Positions 1 to 10,528 of a stretch of DNA of 64,000 nucleotides are shown here, piece by piece. The stretch covers positions 84,456-148,455 of the forward strand of contig JALHDC010000001.1 in assembly GCA_022840695.1 (NCBI GenBank). Reading direction: 5' to 3'. Both the position numbers and the translations under genes were made by a program. The stretch is from a bacterium (GTDB lineage Bacteria > Patescibacteriota > Dojkabacteria > SC72). The notes below the pieces were generated by a model. That model saw only the letters and a program-made list of their open reading frames with translations. It was not told the origin of the DNA and did not search any database. How positions within the stretch are numbered: the stretch's first letter is position 1; each line of letters begins with the position of its first letter.

Positions 1-2015
1 ATGATATCGACATAAACGACGAAATTGTTGCAAAGGTAAAGGGAGAAACTATAAATACCTCTGTTGGAAGAATAATATTTAACAATGTACTTCCTGAGGA
101 TTATCCATATATCAATGAACAGGTAAATATCAAAACAATCAACAAAATAATTGATGATATTAAAAAAGATAGATCCTTAGATGATGTAGTTGTAATATTG
201 GATGATCTCAAGTTATTAGGTTTCAAATATGCAACAGATCTAGGATTCTCATTCTCCATGAGCGATTGTAATGTAGACTTTGATTTAGAGACAGAAATAA
301 AGAAGATGGAGGAAAAAGATGAACAGTTACAGGAGAACTACCTACAAGGATTAATGACAAAGAATGAGAAAATAAATATCTCTACAAGTATGTGGGATGA
401 CTTTGCAAACGAATTAGCAGATCAAGCTTGGGAAAAGCTAGACAAAGATAATTCCATATACCAAATGGTAGAATCCGGTGGTAATGGTGGTAAGATCCAG
501 GCAAGACAAGTCCTTACAATTAAAGGTGTTGTTAGGGATTCAAGAGGAAACTGGGTACCAATGCCTATCAAAAGCAACTATAGAGATGGTCTTAGTGCAT
601 TTGAATACTTTGTTGCAGCAAACGGTGGTAGAAAAGGTATTGCAGATAGATCCCTTAAAACTTCTTCATCTGGTTACTTAACAAGAAAATTAGTAGATGT
701 AGCACATGATGTAATAATCAGAGTAGATGATTGTGGATACGATGGTGAAGGCTTCGTGATGAGAAAGAGCGATGACAGAAGAATTGATTTTGTATCTAGA
801 ATATATGGAAGAGTCCTAGCACAAGATGTTAAGAAGGGAGATACAATCATAATTAAGAAAAATGAAACAATCACAAAGGATATTGCAGACTTAATCGACA
901 AGGAAAATATTGAAGAAATATATGTTAGAAGTCCAATACTCTGCGAAGCACCATTAGGAATCTGTAAGAAATGTTATGGAACAAATCTTGAGAATGGCCA
1001 AGAAATAGAAATGGGTAAAGCAGTTGGTGTAATTGCAGCTCAATCCATTGGAGAGCCAGGAACTCAGATGACTATGCAGACATTCCATAAGGGAGGAGTT
1101 GCTAAGGTAGATATCACTCAAGGATTACCAAGAATCGAAGAGCTATTCGAAGCTAGAACACCAAAAGCTGAAGCAGAAGTGTCTTCAATAGATGGTAAAG
1201 TCCACATAGAAGTAGCTGAAGATGAATCAGCAGTAATAACAATTACTGGAGAAAAGAGAATGCTAAGACATTATGTTGTATCTAAAGCAAAGAAAGTATT
1301 AGTGGAAGATGGTCAGGATGTTAAATCAGGACAGGTTATGTATATAGACTCTGAAGAAGCAGAAAGACAAGCTCCATTTGATGGAAAGATAGACATAGAG
1401 GGTGGAATATTGACAATAAGTGGAAGATTAAAAGCAGAGGAAATAGTATCTGTCCTTCCAGGAATTACAATATTAGTGGAAGATGGATCATCCATAAAAG
1501 CAGGAACTCAGTTAACAGAAGGATCTATAGATCCTAAGAAATTAGCTGAAGTTGCAGATGTCATAACAGCACAGAAATATATACTTGACGGAGTTCAAAA
1601 GGTATTCAATGAACAAGGTGTCCCAATAGACGACCTACACATTGAAGTAATCCTTAGACAGATGATGAGATTAGGAAGAGTATTTGAATCTGGAGATTCC
1701 GACTACTTAGTAGGAGCATTGGTCAACAGATTCCTTGCAGAAGCAAAGAATCAATTACTCTTAGAAGAAGGTAAGAGCAAGGCCTTGATTATTCCTAAAT
1801 TACTTGGTATAAAGGCATCTTCTCTACATACAGAAAGCTTCTTGTCTGCTATGTCATTCCAGGAGCATGTAAGAGTATTAACAAGTACAGCAATTCTAGG
1901 AAAGACTGACTTCCTAAGAGGTATGAAAGAAAATGTCATAATCGGAAGACCAATACCCGTAGGAGAGAAAGCAGAGATAAAGGATATAAGAGAGGTACAA
2001 GAACTTAAATTTTAA
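1..2015 (+). CDS. rpoC: DNA-directed RNA polymerase subunit beta' (RpoC), C-terminal portion; 5' end lies outside window
   Basis: Reading frame is open from nt 3 (DIDINDEIVAKVKGETINTSVGRIIFNNVLPEDYPY...) with no stop before the annotated ORF 198..2015. Characteristic RpoC C-terminal motifs are present. It is followed by rpsL-rpsG as in the conserved rpoBC-str arrangement. Confidence 0.9.
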   Translation, partial: DIDINDEIVAKVKGETINTSVGRIIFNNVLPEDYPYINEQVNIKTINKIIDDIKKDRSLDDVVVILDDLKLLGFKYATDLGFSFSMSDCNVDFDLETEIKKMEEKDEQLQENYLQGLMTKNEKINISTSMWDDFANELADQAWEKLDKDNSIYQMVESGGNGGKIQARQVLTIKGVVRDSRGNWVPMPIKSNYRDGLSAFEYFVAANGGRKGIADRSLKTSSSGYLTRKLVDVAHDVIIRVDDCGYDGEGFVMRKSDDRRIDFVSRIYGRVLAQDVKKGDTIIIKKNETITKDIADLIDKENIEEIYVRSPILCEAPLGICKKCYGTNLENGQEIEMGKAVGVIAAQSIGEPGTQMTMQTFHKGGVAKVDITQGLPRIEELFEARTPKAEAEVSSIDGKVHIEVAEDESAVITITGEKRMLRHYVVSKAKKVLVEDGQDVKSGQVMYIDSEEAERQAPFDGKIDIEGGILTISGRLKAEEIVSVLPGITILVEDGSSIKAGTQLTEGSIDPKKLAEVADVITAQKYILDGVQKVFNEQGVPIDDLHIEVILRQMMRLGRVFESGDSDYLVGALVNRFLAEAKNQLLLEEGKSKALIIPKLLGIKASSLHTESFLSAMSFQEHVRVLTSTAILGKTDFLRGMKENVIIGRPIPVGEKAEIKDIREVQELKF

Positions 2016-2041
2016 GCGATTTTAGTATATAATAGCGAGCT

Positions 2042-2461
2042 ATGCCAACAATAAATCAATTAGTAAGAAAACCGAGGAAAACCAAATCTAAGAAAGCCAA
2101 ACATATACAGCTTGCAAGAGATTTCAATCCTCTTAAGAATAGATACAAGACAACACCTAATCCTTTTAAAAGAGGAGTTTGTTTGCAGGTAAAAACAATG
2201 ACACCAAAGAAGCCTAACTCAGCATTAAGAAAAGTTGCTAGAGTCAGACTATCAAATGGAATGGAAGTAACGGCATATATTCCTGGAGAAGGACATAATC
2301 TTCAAGAGCACTCTGTTGTTTTAGTAAAAGCAGGAAGAAAAAGAGACCTACCAGGTGTAAAATACATTGTAGTAAGAGGTAAATATGATACAGCTGGCGT
2401 TAAAGGTAGAAAAAAGGCTAGATCAAAATACGGAGTTAAGAGAGAAGATATTGAAAGTTAG
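2042..2461 (+). CDS. rpsL: 30S ribosomal protein S12
   Basis: [13 protein letters not shown]... is a canonical S12 N-terminus. Size is 139 aa. Sits immediately downstream of rpoC and upstream of S7. Confidence 0.95.
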   Translation: MPTINQLVRKPRKTKSKKAKHIQLARDFNPLKNRYKTTPNPFKRGVCLQVKTMTPKKPNSALRKVARVRLSNGMEVTAYIPGEGHNLQEHSVVLVKAGRKRDLPGVKYIVVRGKYDTAGVKGRKKARSKYGVKREDIES

Positions 2462-2483
2462 ATTTAATTAATTACTGAATATT

Positions 2484-2954
2484 ATGCGAGGTAAAAGAGC
2501 AAAAAGAAGAGAACAGAAACCAGATAAAAGATACGGAAGTACTATTATCTCTAGGTTAATTAATAAGGTCATGCAGGGTGGAAAAAAGTCCATTGCAGAA
2601 AATATGGTATACACTGCTATAGAGAAAGGTGCAGAAGAGGTCAAAGAAAAAGATGTAAATGCTTTCATAAATAAAGCAATTGATAATGTAAGACCTGCAT
2701 TAGAAATAAAAGCAAGAAGAGTTGGAGGTGCAAACTACCAAGTACCATTACCAGTATCTCCTAGAAGACAAGAAACATTAGCAGTTAGATGGTTAGTAGG
2801 ATATGCAAGAGGCAAATCAGGAAAGTCTTTCGATGAGCTTTTGAAAAATGAATTAATAAGTGCATATAAAGGCGAGGGAGATGCAATAAAGAAAAAGATT
2901 GATACAGAGAAGATGGCAGAAGCTAACAAGGCATTTGCACACTTTAGGTGGTAA
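2484..2954 (+). CDS. rpsG: 30S ribosomal protein S7
   Basis: 156 aa with S7-like sequence (…DKRYGSTIISRLINKVMQGGKKSIAE…). Position after rpsL. Confidence 0.95.
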   Translation: MRGKRAKRREQKPDKRYGSTIISRLINKVMQGGKKSIAENMVYTAIEKGAEEVKEKDVNAFINKAIDNVRPALEIKARRVGGANYQVPLPVSPRRQETLAVRWLVGYARGKSGKSFDELLKNELISAYKGEGDAIKKKIDTEKMAEANKAFAHFRW

Positions 2955-3120
2955 TCTACGATCTACCTTTAGTTAGTACGAAAATCCATACCATTAAAGG
3001 AACTATACGAAATATTTCAAGGAATTTAATATACTATAAGTTTGGATCTAAGGAAGAACAAAAAAGTTAATCCATATAAGTCAGTGAAAACTCCTATAAC
3101 ATATTAAATAATTGTTAAAA

Positions 3121-3155
3121 GGTATATATAGTCATTGATATACCAGAGCTTTTGT
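3121..3155. terminator. Candidate bidirectional intrinsic terminator between rpsG (+) and GT2 gene (-)
   Basis: Inverted repeat GGTATAT-N10-ATATACC is flanked by an A-run upstream and CTTTTGT downstream, so it is usable on both strands. Confidence 0.45.
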
Positions 3156-3172
3156 ACGATCTTGACTTAGAC

Positions 3173-4114
3173 TTATTTCGTACTCTCTATTCTTTCCCAA
3201 CCTGTTTTAGGCATACCTTTCCTAAGAATATCTCTTTCCCAAACAATCTTTATCCAAGTTATTAACCTAACGGGGAAAAGTAGTAAAGACCACCAAAACT
3301 CTTCAATATTGTGAGGATATTTTAATACAAAAAATGCATAAGAAAGCTCAATAAAAAAGCTCCTACTTTGTTTATCTCTTTGGAAAATACCCATTCTTTT
3401 TAATTGTTTAAATCCTCCAATAGATCTAACCTTCTGTTTATAATAATCCCTTAGATTTGTTGGATATTTAACATAACTTACAGCATTAGGAGCATATGCT
3501 ATATCCAAACCTTGATTCCTTATGTAATATGAAATGTAGGCATCATCAGAAAGAACATCTTGAGGTATTTTCATATCAATGTTCCTTACAGCCATAATAT
3601 ATCCACTCATAGGAAAGAAAGTCTTAGCACTAACATAATAATCTCCTCTCTCTACCTTCTGCATTGTATGTCTTCTTCTATGATCAGCAGAATCAGAGAG
3701 TAAATGTCCCCAATAGCCTAAACATGTATCTCTTTTATCCTGGGAAATGGGCCTTCCACTAACACCTCCCACATTCGAGTGTTGGAAAGGTAATAAAAGT
3801 TCTTTTACAGAATCTTTTCCAAAATAAACATCTCCATCAGTAAATATAATTATGTCACCTTTAGCTCTTTTAATAGCCATCTTTAAAGCAAAAGGTTTTC
3901 CTCTTTGAGGATCTTTTATCTGAATATACTGCTTTCTTGATAATCCTAATTTATTTGCCTCCTTCTGCCCTTGCTTAAGAGTTAATTCATCTGGTGTAAC
4001 TTGTATAATTTCAAAAGGGGATGGAATTCCAGAATATTTTCTATCAGCTATGGAGGAAATACACCTTCTGATTGTTTTCGGTTCTTGCCTAGAGCTAATG
4101 ATTACTGAAATCAT
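3173..4114 (-). CDS. Family 2 glycosyltransferase
   Basis: GT2-type DxD region (IIIFTDGDVYFGKDSVKELLLPF…VGGVSGRP) and a hydrophobic C-terminal segment. Confidence 0.7.
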   Translation of the reverse strand: MISVIISSRQEPKTIRRCISSIADRKYSGIPSPFEIIQVTPDELTLKQGQKEANKLGLSRKQYIQIKDPQRGKPFALKMAIKRAKGDIIIFTDGDVYFGKDSVKELLLPFQHSNVGGVSGRPISQDKRDTCLGYWGHLLSDSADHRRRHTMQKVERGDYYVSAKTFFPMSGYIMAVRNIDMKIPQDVLSDDAYISYYIRNQGLDIAYAPNAVSYVKYPTNLRDYYKQKVRSIGGFKQLKRMGIFQRDKQSRSFFIELSYAFFVLKYPHNIEEFWWSLLLFPVRLITWIKIVWERDILRKGMPKTGWERIESTK

Positions 4115-4150
4115 TTTTAATTATATCTTTCTAAAAGAAAATATCAAAGC

Positions 4151-4810
4151 CTATTCTTCGGCAGTAGATTCCTCTACAGCTTCACCTTCACCTTCTGCAG
4201 CCTCTTCACCTTCCACTTCAGCACCTTCCTCAACCACAGGCTCTATAATTTCTTCTGCCTGCATCTCTGTCACGGTAACAACTGTTGCAGTAGCAAGTTC
4301 TTCATTTAATAGCTCCATTCCTTTAGGTACACCAATCTCATTCACAGAGATAGATTGTCCAGGATGCTCCAATGTGGAAATATCAACTTCAATATATGGG
4401 ACCAAATCTGAAAGTTTACACCTAACATCTATAGAGTTAAGAACCTCAACCAATACACCCAGATTATTCTTAACAGCAGGTGCAATACCTGTAATTTGAA
4501 ATGGAATTGTAAATACCATCTCTTTGCTCTCATCAATTTCAAAGAATGCAATATGTCTAATTTGATCTGTAAAAGGATTAACATCAATTTCTTTAACAAC
4601 TACTTTCATACTCTTTTCACCTAACTGAGCATCCAAAATTGTAGTAGATGTTGCCTCTCTAGCAATTTTACTTGCTTGAGAAACTGTAATTTGTATATTT
4701 GTTGAATCACCCTTTGAGTTATATACGACGGAAGGGACATTACCATTAGAAATTAGTTGCTTGTTCTTTTTTCCGTGTACTTCTCTTTTTTCAAATATGA
4801 TTTTTTCCAT
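4151..4810 (-). CDS. rplY: 50S ribosomal protein L25 / general stress protein Ctc form, with acidic C-terminal tail
   Basis: MEKIIFEKREVHGKKNKQLISNGNVPSVVYN… is a typical L25/Ctc N-terminal beta-barrel. The tail is long and Glu/Ala-rich. Start chosen at the internal Met (MEKII), 39 nt inside the ORF-track start. Confidence 0.75.
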   Translation of the reverse strand: MEKIIFEKREVHGKKNKQLISNGNVPSVVYNSKGDSTNIQITVSQASKIAREATSTTILDAQLGEKSMKVVVKEIDVNPFTDQIRHIAFFEIDESKEMVFTIPFQITGIAPAVKNNLGVLVEVLNSIDVRCKLSDLVPYIEVDISTLEHPGQSISVNEIGVPKGMELLNEELATATVVTVTEMQAEEIIEPVVEEGAEVEGEEAAEGEGEAVEESTAEE

Positions 4811-4867
4811 AACGAGTAGGAGTATATCAGAAAAATAATGAAGGAGCAACAGGGATTAAGATAGTAG

Positions 4868-4896
4868 TTGACAGTTTAAATTTCTTCCTCTATACT
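4868..4896 (+). promoter_or_regulatory. Sigma70-like promoter of hrcA-grpE-dnaK (TTGACA-N17-TATACT)
   Basis: Perfect -35 TTGACA at 4868-4873, a 17-nt spacer, and -10 TATACT at 4891-4896, directly abutting the CIRCE-like element. Confidence 0.6.
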
Positions 4897-4923
4897 TTAG
4901 CAGTTAAGCTCTACTTTTGCTAA
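4897..4923 (+). promoter_or_regulatory. CIRCE-like HrcA operator (TTAGCA-N15-TGCTAA), variant with non-complementary inner triplets
   Basis: TTAGCAGTTaagctctacTTTTGCTAA has the 27-nt CIRCE architecture (consensus TTAGCACTC-N9-GAGTGCTAA), lies between the -10 and the hrcA ATG (4925), and shows conserved outer hexamers. Confidence 0.65.
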
Positions 4924-4924
4924 A

Positions 4925-5650
4925 ATGGATTTGACAGAAAGACAAAAAGCAATATTAATGGCTGTAATTAAAGAGTTTATGCAGGAAGCTTCAGAGGTTG
5001 GATCTTTAGCTCTTTTAGAAAAATATAATTTAGGAGTAAGTTCAGCAACCATTAGAAATGAAATGGTTAGACTTATGAGATTAGGACTGTTAGAAAAAAG
5101 TCATATATCTTCAGGAAGATTACCGACAGATCAAGCTTTAAGACTGTATGTTACAAAATATCTTGATAGTAAAGGATTGAACCCTCTAGTTACTGTTGAA
5201 ATAAGGCAAGAAATATTTAGAGATAGATTCTCTAAGGACACTGTTGTCAGGTCAGTACTAAAAGTTCTTGCAAAAGAAAGCGAAGCATTAGTATTTGTAA
5301 TTCTTGATGAAGATATACGATCATACGGTATGTCCAATCTTCTTAGATATGAAGAATTTAGAGATATAGAGAAAATAGAAACCGTTATAAATATTCTTGA
5401 AGATCAAACATTCCTAAGAAATTTAGCTGAAAAATACTCTGGTTCAGGAGTATCTCTTTTGATAGGAGAAGAATCAGGTGTAGATAATTTGGCTGATTGT
5501 GCGATTGCATTCACCAAGATACCTTTTTGGGAAAAGGAAAGGTCATATGTTGGAATTATCGGTTCAAAAAGAATGGACTATGGAAAAGTTCTTCCAGCAT
5601 TAAATGAGGTGAAGAAAGCTTTAGAAAATTCTATGTCCGGATGGAGATAA
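4925..5650 (+). CDS. hrcA: Heat-inducible transcription repressor HrcA (short form, 241 aa)
   Basis: N-terminal winged-helix MDLTERQKAILMAVIKEFMQEAS…SSATIRNEM is HrcA-like. Operon position upstream of grpE-dnaK. Confidence 0.8.
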   Translation: MDLTERQKAILMAVIKEFMQEASEVGSLALLEKYNLGVSSATIRNEMVRLMRLGLLEKSHISSGRLPTDQALRLYVTKYLDSKGLNPLVTVEIRQEIFRDRFSKDTVVRSVLKVLAKESEALVFVILDEDIRSYGMSNLLRYEEFRDIEKIETVINILEDQTFLRNLAEKYSGSGVSLLIGEESGVDNLADCAIAFTKIPFWEKERSYVGIIGSKRMDYGKVLPALNEVKKALENSMSGWR

Positions 5651-5666
5651 ATTAGTAAAAAATATC

Positions 5667-6197
5667 ATGAAGCAAGAAAGCAAGAAAAAACAATTTAGTG
5701 ATACAGGTGTCAAAGAATTAGAAAAAAAGATTCAGGAATTAGCATTAACGATAGATAAATTGGAGGATGAAAAATTACAAATAGAGAATCAGTTAAAAAA
5801 AGCCTTAGCAGATTATCACAATCTCGTTAAGAATTCAGAGAAAAGAGATGAGATTAGAATATTTCAATTTAAAAAGAATCTTCTCGAAGAAATAATTCCG
5901 TCACTAGATGCAGTTATGATGGCTCAAAAAAGTTCAGAGGATTTAAATTTGAATGAAGCTGGGAAATCTTGGTTAGATGGGATAGTAGCAATATTAGATA
6001 GTATAAATAGAAGTTTTGAAGGTATGGGTTTGAAGCAGTATGTTCCTCTTAAGGGAGATATATTTGATAGTAATATGCACGAAGCGGTAGCAACAGTTGT
6101 GGAAGGTGAAAAAGGAAAAATATTTGATGTTGTACAGCCTGGTTATCAATTAAATGAAATCGTAATACGACCAGCAAGAGTCGTAGTATCAAAATAG
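5667..6197 (+). CDS. grpE: Nucleotide exchange factor GrpE
   Basis: Coiled-coil N-terminus plus GrpE C-terminal region (…IIPSLDAVMMAQK…FDSNMHEAV…). Located between hrcA and dnaK. Confidence 0.85.
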   Translation: MKQESKKKQFSDTGVKELEKKIQELALTIDKLEDEKLQIENQLKKALADYHNLVKNSEKRDEIRIFQFKKNLLEEIIPSLDAVMMAQKSSEDLNLNEAGKSWLDGIVAILDSINRSFEGMGLKQYVPLKGDIFDSNMHEAVATVVEGEKGKIFDVVQPGYQLNEIVIRPARVVVSK

Positions 6198-6222
6198 AAA
6201 TTAAATTTTAAATAATAATATT

Positions 6223-8124
6223 ATGTCAAAAATAATAGGAATAGATTTGGGGACAACTAACTCTGTAATGGCTTACATGGAGGGAGGAAAACCCAATGTG
6301 ATACCAAACTCGCAAGGTGGAAGATTAACCCCATCTGTTGTAGCTGAGGATGAAAAAGGAGAAACCTTAGTAGGTACTCCTGCTAAGAATCAAGCTATTA
6401 CAAACCCTGAAGGAACAATATACTCTGTTAAGAGATTAATAGGTAGATCTTGGGATGACCCAGAGGTTAAGAGAGATAAAGATCTCCTTCCTTTTGAAAT
6501 GAGAAAATCAGATAGTGGTGGAGTTGAAGTTAAAATGGGTGATAAGTGGTATACACCACAGGAAATATCGGCAAAGATTCTAGCAAAAATGAAAAAAGAT
6601 GCGGAGGATTTTTTGGGAGAGGAAATTAAAGAGGCGGTTATAACTGTCCCAGCATATTTTGATGATTCTCAAAGACAAGCTACTAAAGATGCAGGAAAAA
6701 TAGCTGGTTTAACAGTAAAAAGAATTGTTAATGAGCCTACAGCTGCTGCATTGGCATACGGTATAGATAAGAAGAAAGATGAAAAAGTAGCAATATTTGA
6801 CCTAGGAGGTGGTACATTCGATATATCAATATTGGAAATGGGTGAAGGTGTTTTTGAAGTCCTTTCTACAAATGGAGATACACATTTAGGTGGAGATGAT
6901 TTTGATCAGGTAATAATTGATCATATTGCAGAAGCATTTAAATCAAAAGAAAATTTTGATTTAAGAGAGGATAGAACAGCACTTCAGAGATTAAGGGAAG
7001 CTGCTGAAAAAGCTAAGATAGAACTATCAACATCAGAAGAAACAGATATCAATATTCCATATATTACAGCTACTGATAAAGGGCCAAAACATCTAAAAGA
7101 GAAATTAACAAGATCAGAGTTAGAAAAAATAACTTCTGATTTAATTGCAAAAACAGTAGCACCGTGTGAGAAAGCTCTTAAAGATGCAAAGCTATCAAAA
7201 GAGGATATAGATCAAGTCCTACTTGTAGGTGGTATGACCAGAATGCCTGCAGTTGTAAAAAAGGTTGAAGAAATATTTGGGAAAGAACCAAATAAGGGTG
7301 TAAATCCAGACGAAATAGTTGGTGTAGGAGCTGCTATACAAGCAGGAGTTCTAGGAGGAGATGTAAAGGATATTACTCTTTTGGATGTTACTCCATTATC
7401 ACTTGGATTAGAAACATTAGGAGGAGTAATGACAAAATTGATAGATAGAAACACAACTATTCCTGTAGAAAAGAAACAGATATTCTCTACAGCAGCTGAT
7501 AATCAACCAGGTGTCGAAATTCATATTCTTCAAGGAGAAAGAGAAATGGCATCAGATAATAAAACATTGGGAAGATTTATTCTTGATGGAATCCCTCCAG
7601 CACCAAGAGGAGTTCCTCAGATAGAGGTAATGTTCTCAATAGATGCAAATGGTATCTTGAATGTAAAGGCATTAGATTTGGCTACAAAGAAAGAACAGAA
7701 AATTACAATAACTGCATCTACTGGATTGAAAGAAGATGAAATAGAAAAGATGGTAGAAGAGGCTGAAAAGCATGCAGAGGAAGATAAGAAGAAAAGAGAA
7801 AGAGCTGAAAAGAGAAATAATGCCGACTCTCTATGCTTTAGTGTTGAGAATTTGATAAAAGAAAATAAAGATAAAATAGATGAAAAAGAGAGAGAAGATA
7901 TAGAAAAAATGTCTGAAGAATTAAAGAAATTAATAGAGAAAGAAGATTTTGATGAAAATGAGGTAGAGAAAAAGACAGAAGAACTCTCAGAGAAGATGCA
8001 AGAGATAGGAAAAAAGATGTATGAACAAGCTAGTAAGGAACAACAGGAGTCAAAGAAAGAAGAACCTAAAGAGGATGAAACAAAAGATAATGAAGAAGTG
8101 AAGGAAGGAGAGGTTGTAGATTAA
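6223..8124 (+). CDS. dnaK: Chaperone DnaK (Hsp70)
   Basis: [21 protein letters not shown] and other Hsp70 signatures across 633 aa. Confidence 0.97.
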   Translation: MSKIIGIDLGTTNSVMAYMEGGKPNVIPNSQGGRLTPSVVAEDEKGETLVGTPAKNQAITNPEGTIYSVKRLIGRSWDDPEVKRDKDLLPFEMRKSDSGGVEVKMGDKWYTPQEISAKILAKMKKDAEDFLGEEIKEAVITVPAYFDDSQRQATKDAGKIAGLTVKRIVNEPTAAALAYGIDKKKDEKVAIFDLGGGTFDISILEMGEGVFEVLSTNGDTHLGGDDFDQVIIDHIAEAFKSKENFDLREDRTALQRLREAAEKAKIELSTSEETDINIPYITATDKGPKHLKEKLTRSELEKITSDLIAKTVAPCEKALKDAKLSKEDIDQVLLVGGMTRMPAVVKKVEEIFGKEPNKGVNPDEIVGVGAAIQAGVLGGDVKDITLLDVTPLSLGLETLGGVMTKLIDRNTTIPVEKKQIFSTAADNQPGVEIHILQGEREMASDNKTLGRFILDGIPPAPRGVPQIEVMFSIDANGILNVKALDLATKKEQKITITASTGLKEDEIEKMVEEAEKHAEEDKKKRERAEKRNNADSLCFSVENLIKENKDKIDEKEREDIEKMSEELKKLIEKEDFDENEVEKKTEELSEKMQEIGKKMYEQASKEQQESKKEEPKEDETKDNEEVKEGEVVD

Positions 8125-8146
8125 AATACTTGTCATAAAAAGAAAA

Positions 8147-8180
8147 CCAGGGAGAGTGTTGGTCTCCCTGGTGATTTGTG
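8147..8180 (+). terminator. Intrinsic terminator after dnaK
   Basis: Perfect 9-bp stem CCAGGGAGA / TCTCCCTGG with a 7-nt loop, followed by TGATTTGTG. Confidence 0.6.
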
Positions 8181-8218
8181 GTAGCATTTATTGATTAATA
8201 TTTCGTTACTGCCAACAT

Positions 8219-10528
8219 ATGCTAGAAGATTCTAAATCAGGTATTAAGAATAAGCTCACTATTCCTCTCGTTCAGAAATATATGTTCTGGATCTTAATAT
8301 TTCTTTTGCCTCTGACAATAATGCCATTTCCTTGGGACTGGACAGAAAGGGGTATGTCATTACTTATACTTTCTTTTTCAACTGTAATTCTAGGATTAGA
8401 GATAATCAAGTTAGTCTGGGAAGGAAAAAGCAGTATCTTAAAAAGTGTTTTTGACATATCTTTTTTCCTAATTCTTCTGTCCATGTTACTTTCTACAATC
8501 TTTTCAAAAGATATTAATAGCAGTATATGGGGAATAGATGGAAGATTAGGCAATGGATTAATTGTATATATTTCCATTCTTTTAGTAACTATATCCTCAA
8601 GAATATTTTTAATAGAAAGAAAAGATATTGAGTACTCAATATTAGCATTTCTTTTTGGCTTCACTATAAATAACATACTAAGTATATTGTCCTTCTTAGG
8701 TGTAAATGTTTGGGGAATAATTCCAATATTTAAGGATCTACATCAGTCGAGCTTGCCAATTCTTAGATCTTCAAAGATTCATATATTATTAAATTTCCTA
8801 ACAGTTATTTTCAGTATTGGTTTTGTTGGAGAGTATTTTATTCAGAAAAAGAATGAAACAAGATATATTCTTGCATTAATATTTGGATCTATTGCTATAT
8901 TCAATATCTGGATATTCTCCATTAAACAAGGATTTAACCTACTACTTGTTATACTCTTTTTGTTAATTATCTTCACTTTACTTGTTTTAAAGAAGACAAA
9001 CTTTCAATTGAATGTATCTAAAAATATATTTCTTCTTTTTGTAATAGCCATACTTGCAATACTACTGCCAGCAATCCTGTTGCATATTCCTGCAGTTTTA
9101 AATCTCGTGGTTCCCAATAATATGGATTTGGTAGCACAAGTATCATTAGGATCTGATGTGTCTTGGATGATTGCAGCATCTGTATTTGTAGAATCTTTCA
9201 TTAGAGGTGTATTTGGTATGGGTGTAGATACATACTCAATCGCATACTATTTATACAAACCCTTGAATATTAACTTATTGGCATTTAATCAAGTAACTTT
9301 CTATTATGCAGGGAGTGAACTATTTACTCAATTTACAAATGGAGGTTTACTTTGGTTATTGGCTTGGTTATTCCTAGTCTTCTCTTTGATTAAGACATTT
9401 GTGAAGGATATAAAGAATATTCGTGCATACTCAGATCATTCCACTATTTGGAAACTCCTAATACTGAACCTGTCGATCCTAATAATCTATATATCCTCCT
9501 TCTTCCTAACATACTCGGTTCTAGTTCTTTTCCTTCTTCTCGCACTTGTATCTTTTAGGGAAATAATAAAGGATATTCTTAAAAAAGGAACGGGAGACAG
9601 ATTTGTTCTTAAGTTATGGGCAGTTAATCTGAATACATCCAATCAGGATGGTAAATCTACTAATAATTTAAATATTTTCCTTACCATACTATTCTCTTCG
9701 ATAACAGTTGCTATATTAGGTTTTTGGATAATGAAAGGAGTTTCAAGTATGTATGCTCTAAAAGCAGAATCATACTTCGTTGAACAGAATAGTAAATATC
9801 AGGGTGATAATTATCCATCTATAGAAGAAAGAGAAACCTTTATAGCTTCGATGACTCATTATTACAGTAAGGCGGTGGATTTTGATAAAGGAAACTCCTT
9901 GTATAACAGGAGATTAGGATTAATGTATTTGGAAAGAGTTGGGATAGCTGCCGAGAGATACTCTAAATTGGAACAGGAAGAAGATGCCAACACTGATTTA
10001 ATTAGAAATGTTGGAATATGGAAAAACAATGTAATAGATTCAACTAGAAAAAGTATAGACCTCTCACCAAATGTATATGCTAACTGGGAGGCCAGAGCTA
10101 GGATATACATGGGATTAGTTGGAATGGGTTTCTATGACTATACTCCTGAAGCTCTTTTCTCTTTGGAGAAAGCCATAGAACTTAATCCCTTGAATTTTGA
10201 ACTTCACTACAGTATGGCTCAGATATATGTTATCAAAGGAGAAAAAGATAGTGCATTAGCATCCTTGACAAAAGTCTTAGGCATAAATCCACAACATATA
10301 GCATCTATTCTTCTTGCTGGAGATTTGAATAAGGAAAAAGGTAATATGGATGTATATGAATCATATTTAAAGGCTGCAAAGAAGATACTTGAAACACAGG
10401 GGAATACAAATTTGGATGTGTATAATGAAGTCACAAAACAGCTCAATAGTATTACTAATACAGAGGAATCAACTACAGAAACTGAAGAAAGTACTCAGCA
10501 GGAGGAAACTTCTGAGTCTGAAGAATAG
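8219..10528 (+). CDS. Polytopic membrane protein (O-antigen ligase/Wzy_C-like) with C-terminal TPR repeats
   Basis: About 12 hydrophobic helices in the N-terminal 450 aa. C-terminal TPR-like repeats (…ELNPLNFELHYSMAQIYVIKGEKDSALASLTKVLGINPQH…) and an acidic tail. Confidence 0.45.
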   Translation: MLEDSKSGIKNKLTIPLVQKYMFWILIFLLPLTIMPFPWDWTERGMSLLILSFSTVILGLEIIKLVWEGKSSILKSVFDISFFLILLSMLLSTIFSKDINSSIWGIDGRLGNGLIVYISILLVTISSRIFLIERKDIEYSILAFLFGFTINNILSILSFLGVNVWGIIPIFKDLHQSSLPILRSSKIHILLNFLTVIFSIGFVGEYFIQKKNETRYILALIFGSIAIFNIWIFSIKQGFNLLLVILFLLIIFTLLVLKKTNFQLNVSKNIFLLFVIAILAILLPAILLHIPAVLNLVVPNNMDLVAQVSLGSDVSWMIAASVFVESFIRGVFGMGVDTYSIAYYLYKPLNINLLAFNQVTFYYAGSELFTQFTNGGLLWLLAWLFLVFSLIKTFVKDIKNIRAYSDHSTIWKLLILNLSILIIYISSFFLTYSVLVLFLLLALVSFREIIKDILKKGTGDRFVLKLWAVNLNTSNQDGKSTNNLNIFLTILFSSITVAILGFWIMKGVSSMYALKAESYFVEQNSKYQGDNYPSIEERETFIASMTHYYSKAVDFDKGNSLYNRRLGLMYLERVGIAAERYSKLEQEEDANTDLIRNVGIWKNNVIDSTRKSIDLSPNVYANWEARARIYMGLVGMGFYDYTPEALFSLEKAIELNPLNFELHYSMAQIYVIKGEKDSALASLTKVLGINPQHIASILLAGDLNKEKGNMDVYESYLKAAKKILETQGNTNLDVYNEVTKQLNSITNTEESTTETEESTQQEETSESEE

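Noticed and set aside
478-681. 67-aa ORF in an alternative frame inside rpoC
   Set aside because: It overlaps the conserved RpoC reading frame and is spurious.
2955-3172. tRNA or other RNA gene in the rpsG-GT2 spacer, and other gaps (33834-33979, 49258-49589)
   Set aside because: No cloverleaf-compatible segments or T-loop GTTCRANYC motifs were found by eye. Only hairpins and repeats are present.
4050-4499. 149-aa Ser/Thr/Ala-rich ORF on the plus strand
   Set aside because: It is entirely antisense to the well-supported L25 gene and GT2 start, and its low-complexity translation is typical of a shadow ORF.
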